From contig OX597817.1 in assembly GCA_951406725.2 (NCBI GenBank), forward strand, positions 122,512,001 through 122,576,000: a DNA stretch of 64,000 nucleotides, written 5' to 3'. Under the pieces are notes generated by a model that saw only the letters and a list, made by a program, of their open reading frames with translations, had not been told where the DNA came from and made no database searches. Positions 40,791-55,454 of this stretch are shown here, piece after piece. This DNA comes from Octopus vulgaris. Its lineage: Eukaryota. Made by a program: the position numbers and the translations under genes. Positions within the stretch are counted from its first letter, which is position 1, and each line of letters opens with the position of its first letter.

Positions 40791-41289
40791 TATTATTTTG
40801 TGAATTGCATTGCTGGATAAAGTAGATGACAAGGCACTTATACCCTGCAAGATGCAACCAAACATTTTGATTATGTCACACCATTGCGAAAGAGACTTCA
40901 TTTGTGATCAGTAATTTTCTCAAAATTATCATATAAATATAATCCATGGCACTGGGATGTGACATATAATTGTTGTCAAACTAAAACAGCAGAGACGGTC
41001 TTTTGTAAGAAAGACTAGTCTTGAAACACATATAGAAATTATTATTGATGCTGAATCCATATATTTCCTCCTATTCTCACCAAAACATAACTTAAATATT
41101 ATTTGGGACAGAAAAAGAAAATTCTCTCTAAAGTACTGTTACAGAGATCTATTGCTCTTTTCATTTTGATTATATTTAGAACAACAATCAGTCAAAATGA
41201 AAATAACTATGTACAATCACTTTGAAACTTACAACTCTAACCAGAATCATCATCATCATCATTGAACTTCTACTTTTTCATGCTTGCAG

Positions 41290-41472
41290 TTTATAATAAT
41301 AATAATAGTAATAATAATGAAATTATTGTATACAGTGCTCAGGTGCACAACAACTTGTCAAAAGTTCATATAAAGTATATGCAGTAATGTACAAATGTCT
41401 AGAAAGTGAACAGTGTATGAGTCAGATACATGCTTGCGTGTGTATGGAGGGGAGAAAATCAGGTGTAGTGTT
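41290..41472 (-). mobile_element. Probable LINE 3' UTR with (TTA)n tail inserted in an RTE-tail repeat
   Basis: Unique segment ending ACAATAATTTC(ATT)n on the minus strand splits the repeat seen intact at 22505-22700. Confidence 0.4.
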
Positions 41473-42461
41473 GAGGCAGATTTTCTACAGCCAGATGCTC
41501 TTCCTGTGGCCAAAGCTCATCTGCCATTTCTGTTTAAACGTGTGAGTGACAAGGAGAAACAGAGAAGAATTAGTTTCAATACTTGGTTGGTACCTTATTT
41601 TTCTGACCTTTGAAGTATCAAGTTGACCCTAATGGAATTTCAACTCAGAAAGCTGAAGAGTTAGAACACATACTGCCACGTATTTATCTGATGCTATAAT
41701 GATTCTACCAAACTACCAAATCACACACACACACACACACACACACATACAAATACACACAAGCACACACATACACATATGTGTATATATATATTTATAT
41801 AAATATATATATAAACATACATATGTATATATATATATATATATATACATATATATGTACACCCACTTACACACACACCACATACTTGCATGCGTGTGTG
41901 TGTGTATATTCACTTTTGCATAACTAAAAGTATTTAAATATACCTTGATACTAAGATAGAAATGTTTTTTTTTTAAATAACAATACATAGAAAACTGTAA
42001 TGAGGAGAAATTTCTTCTTAATTTCAATGGAAATCAGACAAATCATCCATTTGATTTAATCGAGTATCTAAGATTCTATCACTAAAGAGATAGATAATTT
42101 ATCATCTTACTTAAATTCTATCAAGATAACAAAGCAAAAAACAGTAAAAAACAAAAGAGAAAGAAAAACCTAAAACCATTGGGTTAATCCAGAGAAAGTT
42201 AATGGACATCAAGAAGATAGAAATCTAGAGACTTCCTTTAATTATTCATATTTTAACAAATGATTTCTCTAAATTGAAGCTACAACAACAAAGAGGAAAT
42301 ATATTTAAAAGTATTCTTGTAAGACATTGGTGTGAAAAATAGGTGTGAAGAGTGTTATTGGGGAAATTTATATGAACACATTATATGAAACTGAATAACA
42401 TTCTTTTCGTTTTAAATGAAATGAAATACACAGTCCTAAACAACCAGACAAGATATCACTT

Positions 42462-42519
<58 letters not shown>

Positions 42520-42589
42520 GAGAGAAAGATAAATAGGTAGGTAGGTAGATAGATAGATATAGATATATAGATGTGGTATGTCGTGTGTG

Positions 42590-43170
<581 letters not shown>

Positions 43171-43273
43171 AGATTAAAAGAATAAAAGAATATATATCTT
43201 CATATATATGAAGGAGTGGCTGTGTGGTAAGTAGCTTGCTTACTTCAGTACAGAGAGGACTTTTTATTTTCTA

Positions 43274-43678
43274 GGCATAGGAGTGGCTGTGTGGGAAGTA
43301 GCTTCCTTACGAACCGCATGGTTCCTGGTTCAGTCCCACTGTGTGGCACCTTGGGTAGATGTCTTCTAAAGCCTCAGGTCTACCAAAGCCTTGTGAGTGG
43401 ATTTGGTAGACAGAAACTGAAAGAAGCCCGTCGTATATATGTATATATATATATATATGTGTATGTGTTTGTGTGTCTGTATTTGTCCCCCAAACATCGC
43501 TTGACAACCGATGCTCGTGTGTTTATGTTCCCGTAACTTAGCGGTTTGGCAAAAGAGACCAATAGCATAAGTATTAGGCTTACAAAGAATAAGTCCTGGA
43601 GTTGATTTGCTCGACTAAAGGCGGTGCTCCAGCATGGCCACAGTCAGACGACTGAAACAAGTAAAAGAGTAAAGAGTA
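43274..43678 (+). mobile_element. Family-A SINE, full length, preceded by a duplicated head stub at 43212-43243
   Basis: AGGAGTGGCTGTGTGG occurs twice; complete body and tail. Confidence 0.92.
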
Positions 43679-44265
43679 ATATCTGTGCTTGTTTAAAAAG
43701 AAAAAAAAGTAAAGTGCCATAAAACGTGGTGTGGGGCAAAAAAAGATCTGTTTGAATAGAAATTCTAGAACTATCAAAAGAAAGATGAATATAGTAAAAC
43801 ATGGCAAAGTAGAAAGATTTTGTTTAATTCTTCAATACCAAGTACAGTAGATCTAAAGACTCAAAGCAATTTCTCTATAAAGTACTCAGCAAACATGAAC
43901 CTAAGGTAAAATATCATTAACACAACACATACATTAAAGCTAACCTGTCGAATAATATAGTTATTTAGTTTTAAGTTATATCATTCAAACTGATTTCTTT
44001 TTTTTTTTTTCTGTTTGCTCTCTATCACTATGATGAAAGAACACTACCAATGTATTTTTGCTGTATGTTTTTGTTGTTGTTTTTTTGTGTTTAGACTTAC
44101 ACCCCCACCACACACACATATACACACATGCACACGCAGACAGACATAGCTGTCTAAAAATCCCAGAGTCAGGAAAAACAGGCACACATATGAAAATGTA
44201 GATGCATACAAAAAAATGTGTGTCTGTGTGTATAGATATATGTATGTTTGTATATGTGTATATAT

Positions 44266-44312
<47 letters not shown>

Positions 44313-44390
44313 CACATGTATGTATATACATACAAATGTATTCATATATAAATATGTAAATCGATGTATAATACACATATACATGTATTC

Positions 44391-44421
<31 letters not shown>

Positions 44422-44472
44422 AACATAATATAGATACATAATTATATACAATTACAAATATATGTGTGTGTG

Positions 44473-44546
<74 letters not shown>

Positions 44547-44599
44547 GAATAAATGTATATGCACATATATAACATTCTATGTATATAAATATTTACGTG

Positions 44600-44633
<34 letters not shown>

Positions 44634-44684
44634 GAATGAATGTATATGCACATATATAACATTTTATGTATATAAATATTTATG

Positions 44685-44728
<44 letters not shown>

Positions 44729-44766
44729 TATGTACATATATATATCTAAATGTGCATATGTGTGTT

Positions 44767-44818
<52 letters not shown>

Positions 44819-45769
44819 CATATATATATGTTCATACGCAAATACACAGACATACACAAACATATATATACATAATCAATAGATAATTCTATAAGTTCTA
44901 TAAGATGGTTTCCTATAGGTTGGTGGTTAATGGCTAGGTAAACAAAGAGTAAATTCATGAAATATTATATAAATATGACATTTCTAGCAAAACATTCTTC
45001 TGAAACCATTCTATCTAATTTTATGGCTATATCACAACAAATAATTGATATTGCTTTATTTATTTATTTATTTATTTATCTATTTATTTATTGCTTTATT
45101 TATGTATTTATTTATTACTTATTATTTATATTTATTTTTTTTTTTGTATGTATTACTTTAAAAAAAAATTGTTTTTGTGGTTTCCAGTCGTGCTTCCATA
45201 TTACAACTGATGTTCACTTATTTCTTTCTTTCACACACACACACACACTTGTTTGAGTCATTTGAGTGCCCATAAAAGCATACCCATACATATGAATACA
45301 CTTATATATGTGTGTGTGTATGTATGTGTTTATGTGTGTATACAAATGCACACACGCATACATATATATATATTGCTATGTATCTATATATATTCATATT
45401 TCTTTATGAGTATATATTTTTTTTATATGTGTGTGTGTGTGGTGCAGGAATTCACTCACCAAAAATGTGCTTTCAGGTTTAGTCCTACTGTATAGCACCT
45501 TGGACATGCTGTCTTTTACTGCAGCCCCAGCCTGACCAAAACTTTTTTGACTGGGTTTGGAAGACAAAGATGAAAAGAAGCCTGATGTATATACATGAGT
45601 GTGTATTGCATATATCTGTGAATATGTGTGTACTTGTGTGTGTGTATGTGTGTGAATGTAGATGTTTGGATATTTGTATCTCTTTGATTTTACATCATGC
45701 AAAAAAAAAGGTAAAAATCCCCTTTGGTCATGATGACCACGGGATTGTACTTTCAAAATTCTCTTCTGA

Positions 45770-46035
45770 GACATAAGTCCAAGCAAGGTTGTTTTATGGA
45801 AAACCAGCAGTCGTCCATGCATACCAGCCTCCTCTTTCCATGCCACCAATGTTGTCTAATGGAAAGGCAAAAGCTGATATGGTTCAGCACCAGTGATGTT
45901 GCAATTCTACAGCTGAGTGAACTGGAGCAATGTGAAATAAAGTGTTGTGCTCAAGAACATCGCACAGCCCATTGTGGAAATCGAACTCACTACCTCATGA
46001 TTATAAGCCCGATGCTCTAAGCACTGAGACATGCA
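45770..46035 (-). mobile_element. tRNA-derived SINE with family-C-like head
   Basis: GCTGAGTGAACTGGAGCAATGTGAAATAAAGTG..GCTCAAGAACA shared with 49577-49625; B box GAGTTCGATTTCC. Confidence 0.7.
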
Positions 46036-46615
46036 CATTTATCATGCAATAACCATAAATAAATATCACTGTCATACAAGTAGTGTCATTCATTTGCAAT
46101 CTTCCATGAAAACATGTCTAGCCATGTGGAAATATTATGTTGTATGAAAACAGATAAGGGTTGGTGACAGAAAGAGCATCCAGCTATAGAAGATCTGAAC
46201 TAAATATGTGCATCTAATCAGAAGGAGAAAAAAAAAGGAAACAGAAAGGAGAGCATGATTTGGCTCCAACATTTCAAAACATACTGTAAACATCTCTCTT
46301 CTGACTTTCGGTAGAGTTTTACAAGATAAAATAACATCCAAAAATTTCACCAAAGAAGTGGCATTTGATGAAAGAATTTCTTTGCTTAATTTGTTTTATT
46401 TCATGTTTTTTTTTTGTTTGCTTCTTTCAACTATTATTTTTCCCATAGAACTCTTTCTCCTTAAACGCAAAAAAGTCAATGACCCGATCTGTTTATTGTT
46501 GTTAAGGCCGTTGTTGTTGTTTAGTGTTTCTTTTTATAGTTTGTTTACAGTTTATTTAAAGAACAGATTTTAGAAAATTTATTTCAGTGAGCAAAAATGG
46601 TGGAACCCTCTAAGG

Positions 46616-46803
46616 CAGTGCTCTGCGACCTTTTTTACCCTTGCAGTACACTTATAATATTTCAAAATTCGGCCACTCACCTGAAGTAAAAATATAACTA
46701 GAAGTATAGGGAAAAAAATATATTCAGGTTACTCTGTGACATACCTAGCATCATCTCATGGCACACCAGTGTGCCATGGCATACCGATTGTGGAACACCA
46801 CTC
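46616..46803. mobile_element. hAT/Charlie-like MITE relic
   Basis: Starts CAGTG..; ends GGCACACCAGTGTGCCATGGCATACCGATTGTGGAACACCACT, resembling hAT-Charlie subterminal palindromes. Confidence 0.45.
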
Positions 46804-46899
46804 TAAAGATAGACATCAGAATCATAAGGGGAAGTTTTTTTTGTTTTATTACATTTTGTTTATGTCATTTTGCATATTCTTTATTTTTTTATTCTCTTA

Positions 46900-47103
46900 C
46901 CTCTTTGAGCCATTTGACAGTGGCCATGCTGGAGCAAATCTTTAAAGGGTTTCAGTCGAAGAAATCGACCCCAGCACTTATTCTTTGTAAGCCTAGTTCT
47001 CATTCTATTGGTTTCTTTTGCTGACCTGCTAAGTTATGGGGACATAAACACACCAGTATTGGTAGTCGAGTGATTGCAGTAGAGACAAACATTGACACAA
47101 AAG

Positions 47104-47143
<40 letters not shown>

Positions 47144-47222
47144 GACAGGCTTCTTTCAGTTGCCACAGTGGGATGGAACCCAGAACCATGTGGTTGTGAA
47201 GCAGAGCCACACCTGTGCCTGT
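46900..47222 (-). mobile_element. Family-A SINE with internal deletion
   Basis: Tail and head present; CCTTGGGCAAG region missing. Confidence 0.8.
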
Positions 47223-47299
47223 ATATTAATTTCAGCTTAAAAGTACAGCAGCAGCATCAACAATAACAACGTTAGCAGCAACAGCAATGATGATGATAA

Positions 47300-48790
47300 T
47301 AAGGGTTCTTCGGAAACTATGAAAAGAAATTTTGCCAACAGCTGAACAATGAGAATGAACCTCAGAAGAATAATGTGCCAAACGTTGGAGCAGCAAGAAT
47401 CTTCTATTCAGACATTGGAGAAAAGAGATTCAACATAACAGGAAATTTAAAAGAGAGTATAGAAGAGAAAAGGAAAAATATACTTAAGAAGTTACCAAAC
47501 TGTAAAGCCCCTTGGCCTGTTGGTGCTCAGGGATTCCAGCTTAAAGATCTCATAAGCATGCAGTGTTATTTACAACCATCTCTAACTGATTCTATAGGCA
47601 CAGGTGTGGCTGTGTGGTAAGAAGCTTGCTTCCTAACCACAGAGTTCCAAGTTCAGGCCCACTGCATGGCAACTTGGGCAAATGCCTTCTACCATAGCCT
47701 CAGCCCAACCAAAGTCTTGTGAGTGGATCTGGTTGACAGAAATTGAAAGAAACCTGTTGTGTGTCTATATGTATGTGTGTGTGTGTGTATGTGTGTGTGT
47801 GTCTGTCTGTCTGTCTTTGTTCCCCACCACCACCACTTGACAACTGGTGTTGGTGTGTTTATGTCCCCATATATTAGCAGCTTGGCAAAAGTGACCAACA
47901 GAATAAGTACCAGGCTTAAAAAAATAAGTTCTGGGGTTGATTTCTTTCACTAAAACCCTTCATGCAGTGCTCCAGCATGGCTGTGGTCAAACGACGGAAA
48001 CAAGTAAAAGAAAAAGAAAGATAACAAGAGAACATAGAAGAGAAAAGGAAAAAACTGCTTAAAATGTTACCAAGTTGTAAAAAAGGCCCTTGGCCTGTTG
48101 ATGCTCAGGGATTCCAGCTTAAAAATCTTATAAGCATGCAGTGCTATTTACAACCATTTCTAACTGATTCCATAGAAAATGGAACACCAACATGAATAAC
48201 AAAGGGAAAGATAGTGTTCATACAGAAAGACAAAGAAAGGAGGAGGAAAAGGAAGTCAGTAATTAATAGGCTTATTGCATGGTTATCATTACTTTGTAAA
48301 TTATTGACTGAGCACATAACAGATGAGTTGTATAGCCTTCAGGAGAAGGAGAATTATTACCAGAGAAGCACAAGAGATAATAGAGAGAGGCCATGGGGAA
48401 CTTCTGATCTGTTATACATTGATAGCATGGTAACGAGTGAGGTACAAATAAGAATGAAGAACTAAGATGCAGGCTAGATAGACTACAAGAAAGCTCATGA
48501 TAATATCGCACAATGCTGACTTTTTGAGTACCCTGAGGTCAATAAGAAGATCAAGATTTTTTAAGAATAAGCAATGAAATCATTGGATATTGAACTAAAA
48601 TCTAGAAGAGATTCTTTAGAAATTGTGAAAATACAGCGGCAGATATATAAGGAAGATTTTCTCTCTCTATTACTTTTCCTCATTGTGTTATTTCCTTTGA
48701 CAAGCAAAGGGAGAAAATCCAGTTCTGCCTATTAGCTTGCTACATCCAGGGTGAAAATAAATCCCCTTCAATATATGATTGCTTCAGGTT
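47300..48790 (+). mobile_element. R4/Dong-like reverse transcriptase relic
   Basis: KLPNCKAPWPVGAQGFQLK (like NWKAPGPDGVQGFWLK), GTSDLLYIDSMV, IDYKKAHD, and a GDSLSPLLF-like segment, with stops and frameshifts. Confidence 0.75.
47597..48015 (+). mobile_element. Family-A SINE flanked by a direct duplication of about 147 bp
   Basis: 47451-47597 is repeated at 48026-48175. Confidence 0.88.
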
Positions 48791-48937
48791 ATATATCAAA
48801 AAGGGGAAAAATGACCAGGATGCTCTGATCCAAAACAGTAAAAATATTTATATCCTGAAAGGATGTGAAGTTGACCATTGTGGGATTTGAACATAAAGAG
48901 CTGGAATGGATACCAAAACCATTTTTATCCAACATTC

Positions 48938-49180
48938 TGAAACTGAAAGAAGCCCGTTGTATATATGTATGTATGTATATGTGTAGGGGGTTTTGTGTGC
49001 CTGTGTTTGTCTCCCCAACATTACTTGACAACCGATTCTGGCCCCCTTAACAGTTCGACAAAAAAGACCGATAGAATAAGTACTAGGCTTACAAAGAATA
49101 AGTCCTGGGGTTGATTTGCTCGACTAAATGTGGTGCTCCAGCATGGTCAAAGTCGCATGACTGAAACAAGTAAAAGAGTA
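48938..49180 (+). mobile_element. Family-A SINE 3' part
   Basis: GAAACTGAAAGAAGCCCG...GACTGAAACAAGTAAAAGAG. Confidence 0.85.
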
Positions 49181-49377
49181 AGCTTAACAAGCCGAGGTGG
49201 ACTTTGCCTTTCATCCTTTTGGTGTTGATAGAATAAGTATCAGTGGAACACTGTATTGATGTAATCAACTATACCCTCCCAGTAATATCTTAGGCCTTGT
49301 ACCTACAGTTAAAAGGAAACTTAACTTAATCTAGAAGAGATTGTCACCGCTATGATAGCTGACTGCAAGGGGCACAT

Positions 49378-49706
49378 AGGAGCTCTCTGTCGGTTGCGAC
49401 GATGAGGGTCCCAGCTGATACAATCAAAGGAACAGCTTGCTTGTGAAATTAACATGCAAGTGGCTGAGCACTCCACAAACATGTGTACCCTTAATGTAGT
49501 TCTCAGGGAGATTCAGCGTGATACAGAGTGTGACATGGCTGGCCCTTTGTAATACAGCTACTACTCATTTTTGCAAGCTGAGTGGACTGGAGCAATGTGA
49601 AATAAAGTGTCTTGCTCAAGAACACAATGTGTCACCAGGAATTGAACTCATGACCTTATGATCATGAGCCGAATGCCCCTAACCACTAGGCTACGCGCCT
49701 TCACGA
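49378..49706 (-). mobile_element. tRNA-derived SINE, family C, full length
   Basis: Head GTAGCCTAGTGGTTAGGG...GAGTTCAATTCC, then CTTGAGCAAGACAC; flanked on both sides by AGGGGCACAT (about 49368 and 49706). Confidence 0.82.
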
Positions 49707-50616
49707 GGGGCACATGGTGTGTATGATTAAAGTCATTCCAGGCATGACTAGCCCATTTATTTTCCTAAACACAACTCAGGATATTGAGGCTTTCTTCTTT
49801 GAGAGGTACAGTATGATTTGGTAAAACTCTGACCATAGACCATAGTAATTCCAGTCTTGTCTATCACATCCTAAACATAATATAGAACACCAACCATTAA
49901 GCCATGTGGCTTTCTTTTCTAAAAGTGTACAGTGTGATTGAAAATGTTATTTGGAAAGGGTGCTGTTTCTAGCAGATTGTATGGTTACATAGAGCCTTAC
50001 TCAGTGGCTCTCAATTATCTTTGACGACTGTAGCGCTAATGAGATGACAATCAAATCCTTCTCTGGATAGCATTTCAGGCTATTCATGTCCAAGGAATTA
50101 TGAAGGTTTGCCAAGGACAGATGAGGAGAAATATATCCTGAAGAAATTCTTCATGCTAGAAATGTAATTTAAAGAAGAACATTTTGGGTTTTTTTTTCTT
50201 AAAAAAAAAAGGGGTAAAATGAATTTTGTCACAAAATAATGAATTAAGAAGAAATAATCAAGAATCTACAAGAAATTCAGGAATGTATTCTTGTCCATAT
50301 TGCCATTCTGAGCAGCAATTTTAAAAATTACATTTGACATATTTGTTCTTAAAGTGCATCAGAAAGAACTACAACTGTAACAGCGATTTCTTCCTCTCTT
50401 TTTCTCTCTTCCCTCTCTCTATTTAGTCATACTTCTCCCACTCTCCTTTTAGTTTTCTCATTCATTTAATCATTGTCTCTTACCTGACCTTCTCTCTCCA
50501 TTTCTAAATTTTTCACACCTTCCATTTAACCACGTTTCGCACACTTGCATTTTTTTTTCCTCTCACTTTTCAATAATAAATAATAATAAATGAAAATACA
50601 TACATACATACATACA

Positions 50617-50663
<47 letters not shown>

Positions 50664-51701
50664 AACAACAATAAAAATAAATCAAAACATCATAAAATAC
50701 TATAACAAAAAAAAATTTTAATAAATTTAATAAACTTAGGCTAAAAATATAAAAATCTAAGAAAATAAATTGAATATTTTTATCAAAATAAATTGCATTG
50801 AATAAAAAAATAAAATATATAAATATATATATATTAAAATAAAATATTTTTTTTAAAAAATACACAGCTTTTAGCCAGAAATGGGAAATTTTGGCAATAT
50901 GAATATGAAGAACCATTATTTTATGTAAAGTTGTTATGTATGATACATAATTATGAAGCTTTTTATAACTTGCAGAAGTGGAACAAACAAACAAATTACC
51001 AAAGAAGGAAACGACACAGATATTACCGTGAAAATAATATTTTTAAAACTGCAGAATTAGCTACATGAGTAGAAATGAAGAAAGATGTCAAGTGAAAAGG
51101 TCATCATAAGAATGAGAAATTTATAGATTCACACTTCTCTATCTTTCCTGTATATGACATTTTGCAATTTTTTGAAACTTAAAAAAAAACAAAACAAACA
51201 TAATCCTTATTTTGAGTTAATGAAAACTGACACATGATTTTTTTCTTTTGATTTATTATTTTTTTTTGTATTCTGCTTTATGTCTTATAGTGATGAGATT
51301 TTGAATGAATAAACATGAGCATTGAGTGTTTTGTCATATGAATTATGTACACATACACACACAAGTATGTATATATATATGCATGTACACCTTCTCCTCG
51401 ACTTCTGACCCATGCGACTTATGACCATCTGCACTTCAAGCACAATAAACAAATAAATAAATAACTGATTTTCAGACGTTGGGTAAGCTCCACATACAAT
51501 AACTATGGCAGCATCTGGTAACACAAGCCTCCCTCAAATCCAGGCATCCACTGCTTGCCACTGTCTCTCACTCAGTCATTTTCAAGCATCAGCTGCATTT
51601 GAATGAAAATAGTGTTGAAAAATATGAATCTGACATACAACCATATCGACTTACAATCTCTCAGTTGGAATGGAATCTGGTCATAAGTCAAGGAGAAGGT
51701 A

Positions 51702-51751
<50 letters not shown>

Positions 51752-51759
51752 AATATATA

Positions 51760-52138
51760 ATAACAAAGGGTAAAATTAATTAATTAAGAAGTAATCAATA
51801 ATTTCACCAAGTAGAATTCGGCATGAAAAAAGGACCATTTCACGGTAAACTTAAGTAATACTTAATAATTAGGGTTCAGCAGAGATTTGCTTTACTACAA
51901 ACCGAAATTTAGAAATAGTAGCCAAAACCTTAGCTATTTCTTCTACTTTAAAAAGGGACTCCCAGACAAACCAAAATACTTGAAGATATACAGGCAGAGA
52001 GAAAAGCAACGAAAATCAATCAATATCTGGTCATCCATGGACATGCATTTCGGAATTAGATCAGTATAAAGAATATAGAATTATACTTTACCAACCATTT
52101 TCCTCATCAGCATGGCATTCCTCAATAATTAAATATTG

Positions 52139-52140
<2 letters not shown>
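51760..52140 (-). mobile_element. Non-coding PLE-pLTR-like element between microsatellites
   Basis: Bounded by (TG)n(TA)n and (TA)n; contains a hammerhead near its 5' end. Confidence 0.6.
52035..52115 (-). ncRNA. Type-I hammerhead with canonical core and GUC triplet
   Basis: CCAUG-CUGAUGA-GGAA(about 44 nt including AGUAUAA/UUAUACU)UUCC-GAA-AUGCAUGU-C-CAUGG. Confidence 0.8.
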
Positions 52141-52186
<46 letters not shown>

Positions 52187-52212
52187 GGAATTTACAGAAA
52201 TAGTCTTAGACT

Positions 52213-52323
52213 ATTTCCACTTGTTTCTTATCTTTATTTTCCTAAAATTTAGTCCAAGACTATTGACTATTGCAAGATGCAACGAAAATTTTAGGAAAAT
52301 AAAAATAAGAAATAAGTGGAAAT
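52213..52323. repeat. Inverted repeat, 38-bp arms, 35-nt spacer
   Basis: 52213-52250 versus 52286-52323, 2 mismatches by eye. Confidence 0.9.
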
Positions 52324-52829
52324 TTTACCGGTGAGTATGTTAAATTATAAGGCACAAAAAGAAAATGACTCTCCCCACAACAGACTATGGAAATATTTCT
52401 TGGTAAACTTTCCTCACAATGAACTTTCTTCACAGTGAATTGATGGCAATGAACTGTTCCTGCAATGAATTGATGGCTGTGAACTTAACTGTAATCATTC
52501 TATTGAACTCAGAGAGATGAAAAGCAAAGCTGACCATGGCAAAATTTAAGCCCAGTAAATGAAAGACAATAACTGAATATAGTAGACCTCATAGCTAACA
52601 ACACATTTGAACCCTAACTATCCTTAAATTAGGACCATAAATAGGAGGTGTAGGTTAATTTAATTAGCCAAACTTATCTACAAAGACATTAAAGGTGGAT
52701 CATTGTGGAGGTGGGTAGAGGCTAACAGGGGACATAGTGGAATGTCATCTCAGAAGTCAAACAGGGTAGGTAGCTTCTTTAGGGTCACTCATTTTCTTAG
52801 AAATATCATTCAAATCTCTCTCTAATCAG

Positions 52830-53180
52830 ATTCCATCGTCATTATAAGCAACATCATAATCGTTTTATTGATTAATTCTTTAAACTTACATGAGTCGGAC
52901 AAGAATGTACAGAGAGTAAAAATTTTCTATAGCTAGATACCCATCCTGTTGTCAGTCTCCATATATTTCTAAGTAAGATAATAATCGCTCACTCCATCAA
53001 AGAAAGCACAATCTTCAAAATGTGTACATGGAGAACTAGAGCCAAATAATGCCATGTGGATGAACCTTTTGTTTACGAAGATCATGTCAAGACATTTCAA
53101 GAAGGTAGAACATGCTTTCTTGGCGGACTGAAGGCAAAGCAACTCATCAACAAAGCTATTGTTTTTACAAAATCCTGTGA
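52830..53180 (+). mobile_element. Very old RTE-like LINE C-terminal relic
   Basis: Frameshifted HGELEPN / HVDEPFVYEDHVKT / QLINKAI resembles RTE YGEL..G.R..GRP..RYKD..K...WR. Confidence 0.4.
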
Positions 53181-55403
53181 GCAAACACATGTGAAGATGA
53201 GGGAAATACAAACTCACTCACACAAACACACACACACAGATATACATACACAGACACATAAATATGTGTATATATATATCTATCTGTCTATCAATCTCTC
53301 TCTATATATATCTATCTACACACACACACACACACACACATACACACAATCATCATCATCATTTAATGTGTTTTGCATACTGGCCAGCTGAAGAGCTTCT
53401 GCATACCATTTGTCTGTTTTGACACGGTTTCTACAGCTGGATGCCCTTCCTAAAGTCAACCCCCTTACAAAGTGTGCTAGGTGCTTTTACATGGCACCAC
53501 CACAGGCACTTTTACGTGGCACTAACATGGGTGCTTTTACATGACACCAGCACTCATGAGCCTGCAAGACTAGGATCATTCAGTTGTAAGAGCAATGTAG
53601 ATAACATATCTATGTGCATAGTCAGCTGTGATCTTACTTAGCTTGACATGTCCTTTTAAGCACAGCAAGCTGAGGAAATGCCTCAGTTCCTTGTCATCTC
53701 CTCTGTGAGACCCAATGTCTAAAGATCCTTTCTCGCCACTTTGTCCCACATCTTCTTGGGCCTATCCCTTCCACATGTTCTCCCCAACAATTAGAGATCA
53801 ATGGATTTCTTTCAGTTTCTGTCCTCCAAATTCACTCAGAAAGCTTTGGTTGGCCAGCAGCAATAGTGAAAGATTCATGTCCAAAGTACAAACCAGTGGG
53901 ACTGAACACGAAACCACATGGGTTGAAAGCAAGCTTCTTAACCACAAAGCCATTCTTGCACTTGGTCTTATGCTGAAATTTCATTTTATATTTTCTTGAA
54001 AGTTAATTGAGATGGTCACACCTGAAATGCTTTTGTCGGAATTGACCGACAATAGACACATACTGAAAGGTATGTCATGCCTGAGAAACCCATCCATAGT
54101 AATGAATCTAAATCTGAAACAATACTATCCTTCATGACTTTCATTATTTTAAGGTGATAGAAGAGTATATTTTGAGGGCAATTTGATTGCTATTTCTTGC
54201 AGATTGAACAACTGTGACAAGATTTCTTTATTGTATCATTGTAGTGATGTCAGTTATTGGTGATCTTGATAACAACAAGACAGACATATATTGAAATTTC
54301 GCTATTTATAGGCCTTTTTTGCTATTTCTGACTTGCTTATCGCATTTATCTCCACTATCTATAATCAGAAGATATAGTTTTTTTCAAAAATATGCCACAC
54401 ACTTTGTAAAACATAAAAGAGCATTTTTCCAGTATATCATTATAAAGGAAAACAGTCTAGCACATTTTTCAATATCAAAACTTCCTTCTTCATTAAAGAA
54501 ATGTCTAAAACACCTATTTCTAAAGTATTCAGAATCGTACGGTATGGAGAAAAACAGAGAAGGAGAGAAAAAGAGAGACAGAAGGAGAGAGAGAGAGAAG
54601 GAGACAGAGAGACAGACAGAGGGTGGGAGAGTAAAAAGGTGAGAAAGAGGGCGACAAGGAGAAAGAGATATTGAATACAAATTATCATTCTAAAGGAGAA
54701 AAAAATACACATTTTAATAGCATATATAGCTATAAAATATATATAAAAAATAGATTCAAAGACTTCAGTAATTATATATATGTATGTGTGTGTGCACATT
54801 ATATATATATATAAACATTTATATACATATATATATTTGCATGTATATACATAAATATGCATATATATATATATATATATATAAACACATATATATATAT
54901 ATATATATATATAAACACATATATACATGTACTCATATACATATATATATATGCATGTATATACATAAATATGCATATATATGTGTATAAAAAATGATAA
55001 ATCAATATAAGGTTAGAGATAGCAGAAGGATATCAAATGGCAAGAATAGGCAAGAATATTAAGAATATCAAAGGATATGAAGTGATAAGAAGCTGGGAAA
55101 TTGATAAAATTAAGTGTAGATAAAGTGGTGGTAATTTAAAGAGTCAATAAGTTAAGAGTTAGAATGGTGAGGAGAGAATACTGCCACATACCTAAATGTT
55201 GCATCTAATCATGCTTTCTTGAGTGCTTGCATATGTACATGTATTTGTATACACACATTCATAAATTTATATGCACCCATCCTACATATTAATCAAAATA
55301 TGAATATATATATATGAATATATATATATATATATATAAATATACATATATACATACATATATATATACATACATATATATATATATACACATGTATATG
55401 CAT

Positions 55404-55454
<51 letters not shown>

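Noticed and set aside
51476-51698. Plus-strand open stretch ending at AAG|GTATGT
   Set aside because: No recognisable protein and an ambiguous acceptor.
52890-53174. Cys-rich minus-strand exon candidate (FCKNNSFVDELLCLQSAKKAC...) with an AG acceptor
   Set aside because: The opposite strand shows RTE C-terminal motifs, so it is more likely antisense to an old LINE; no compatible neighbouring exons.
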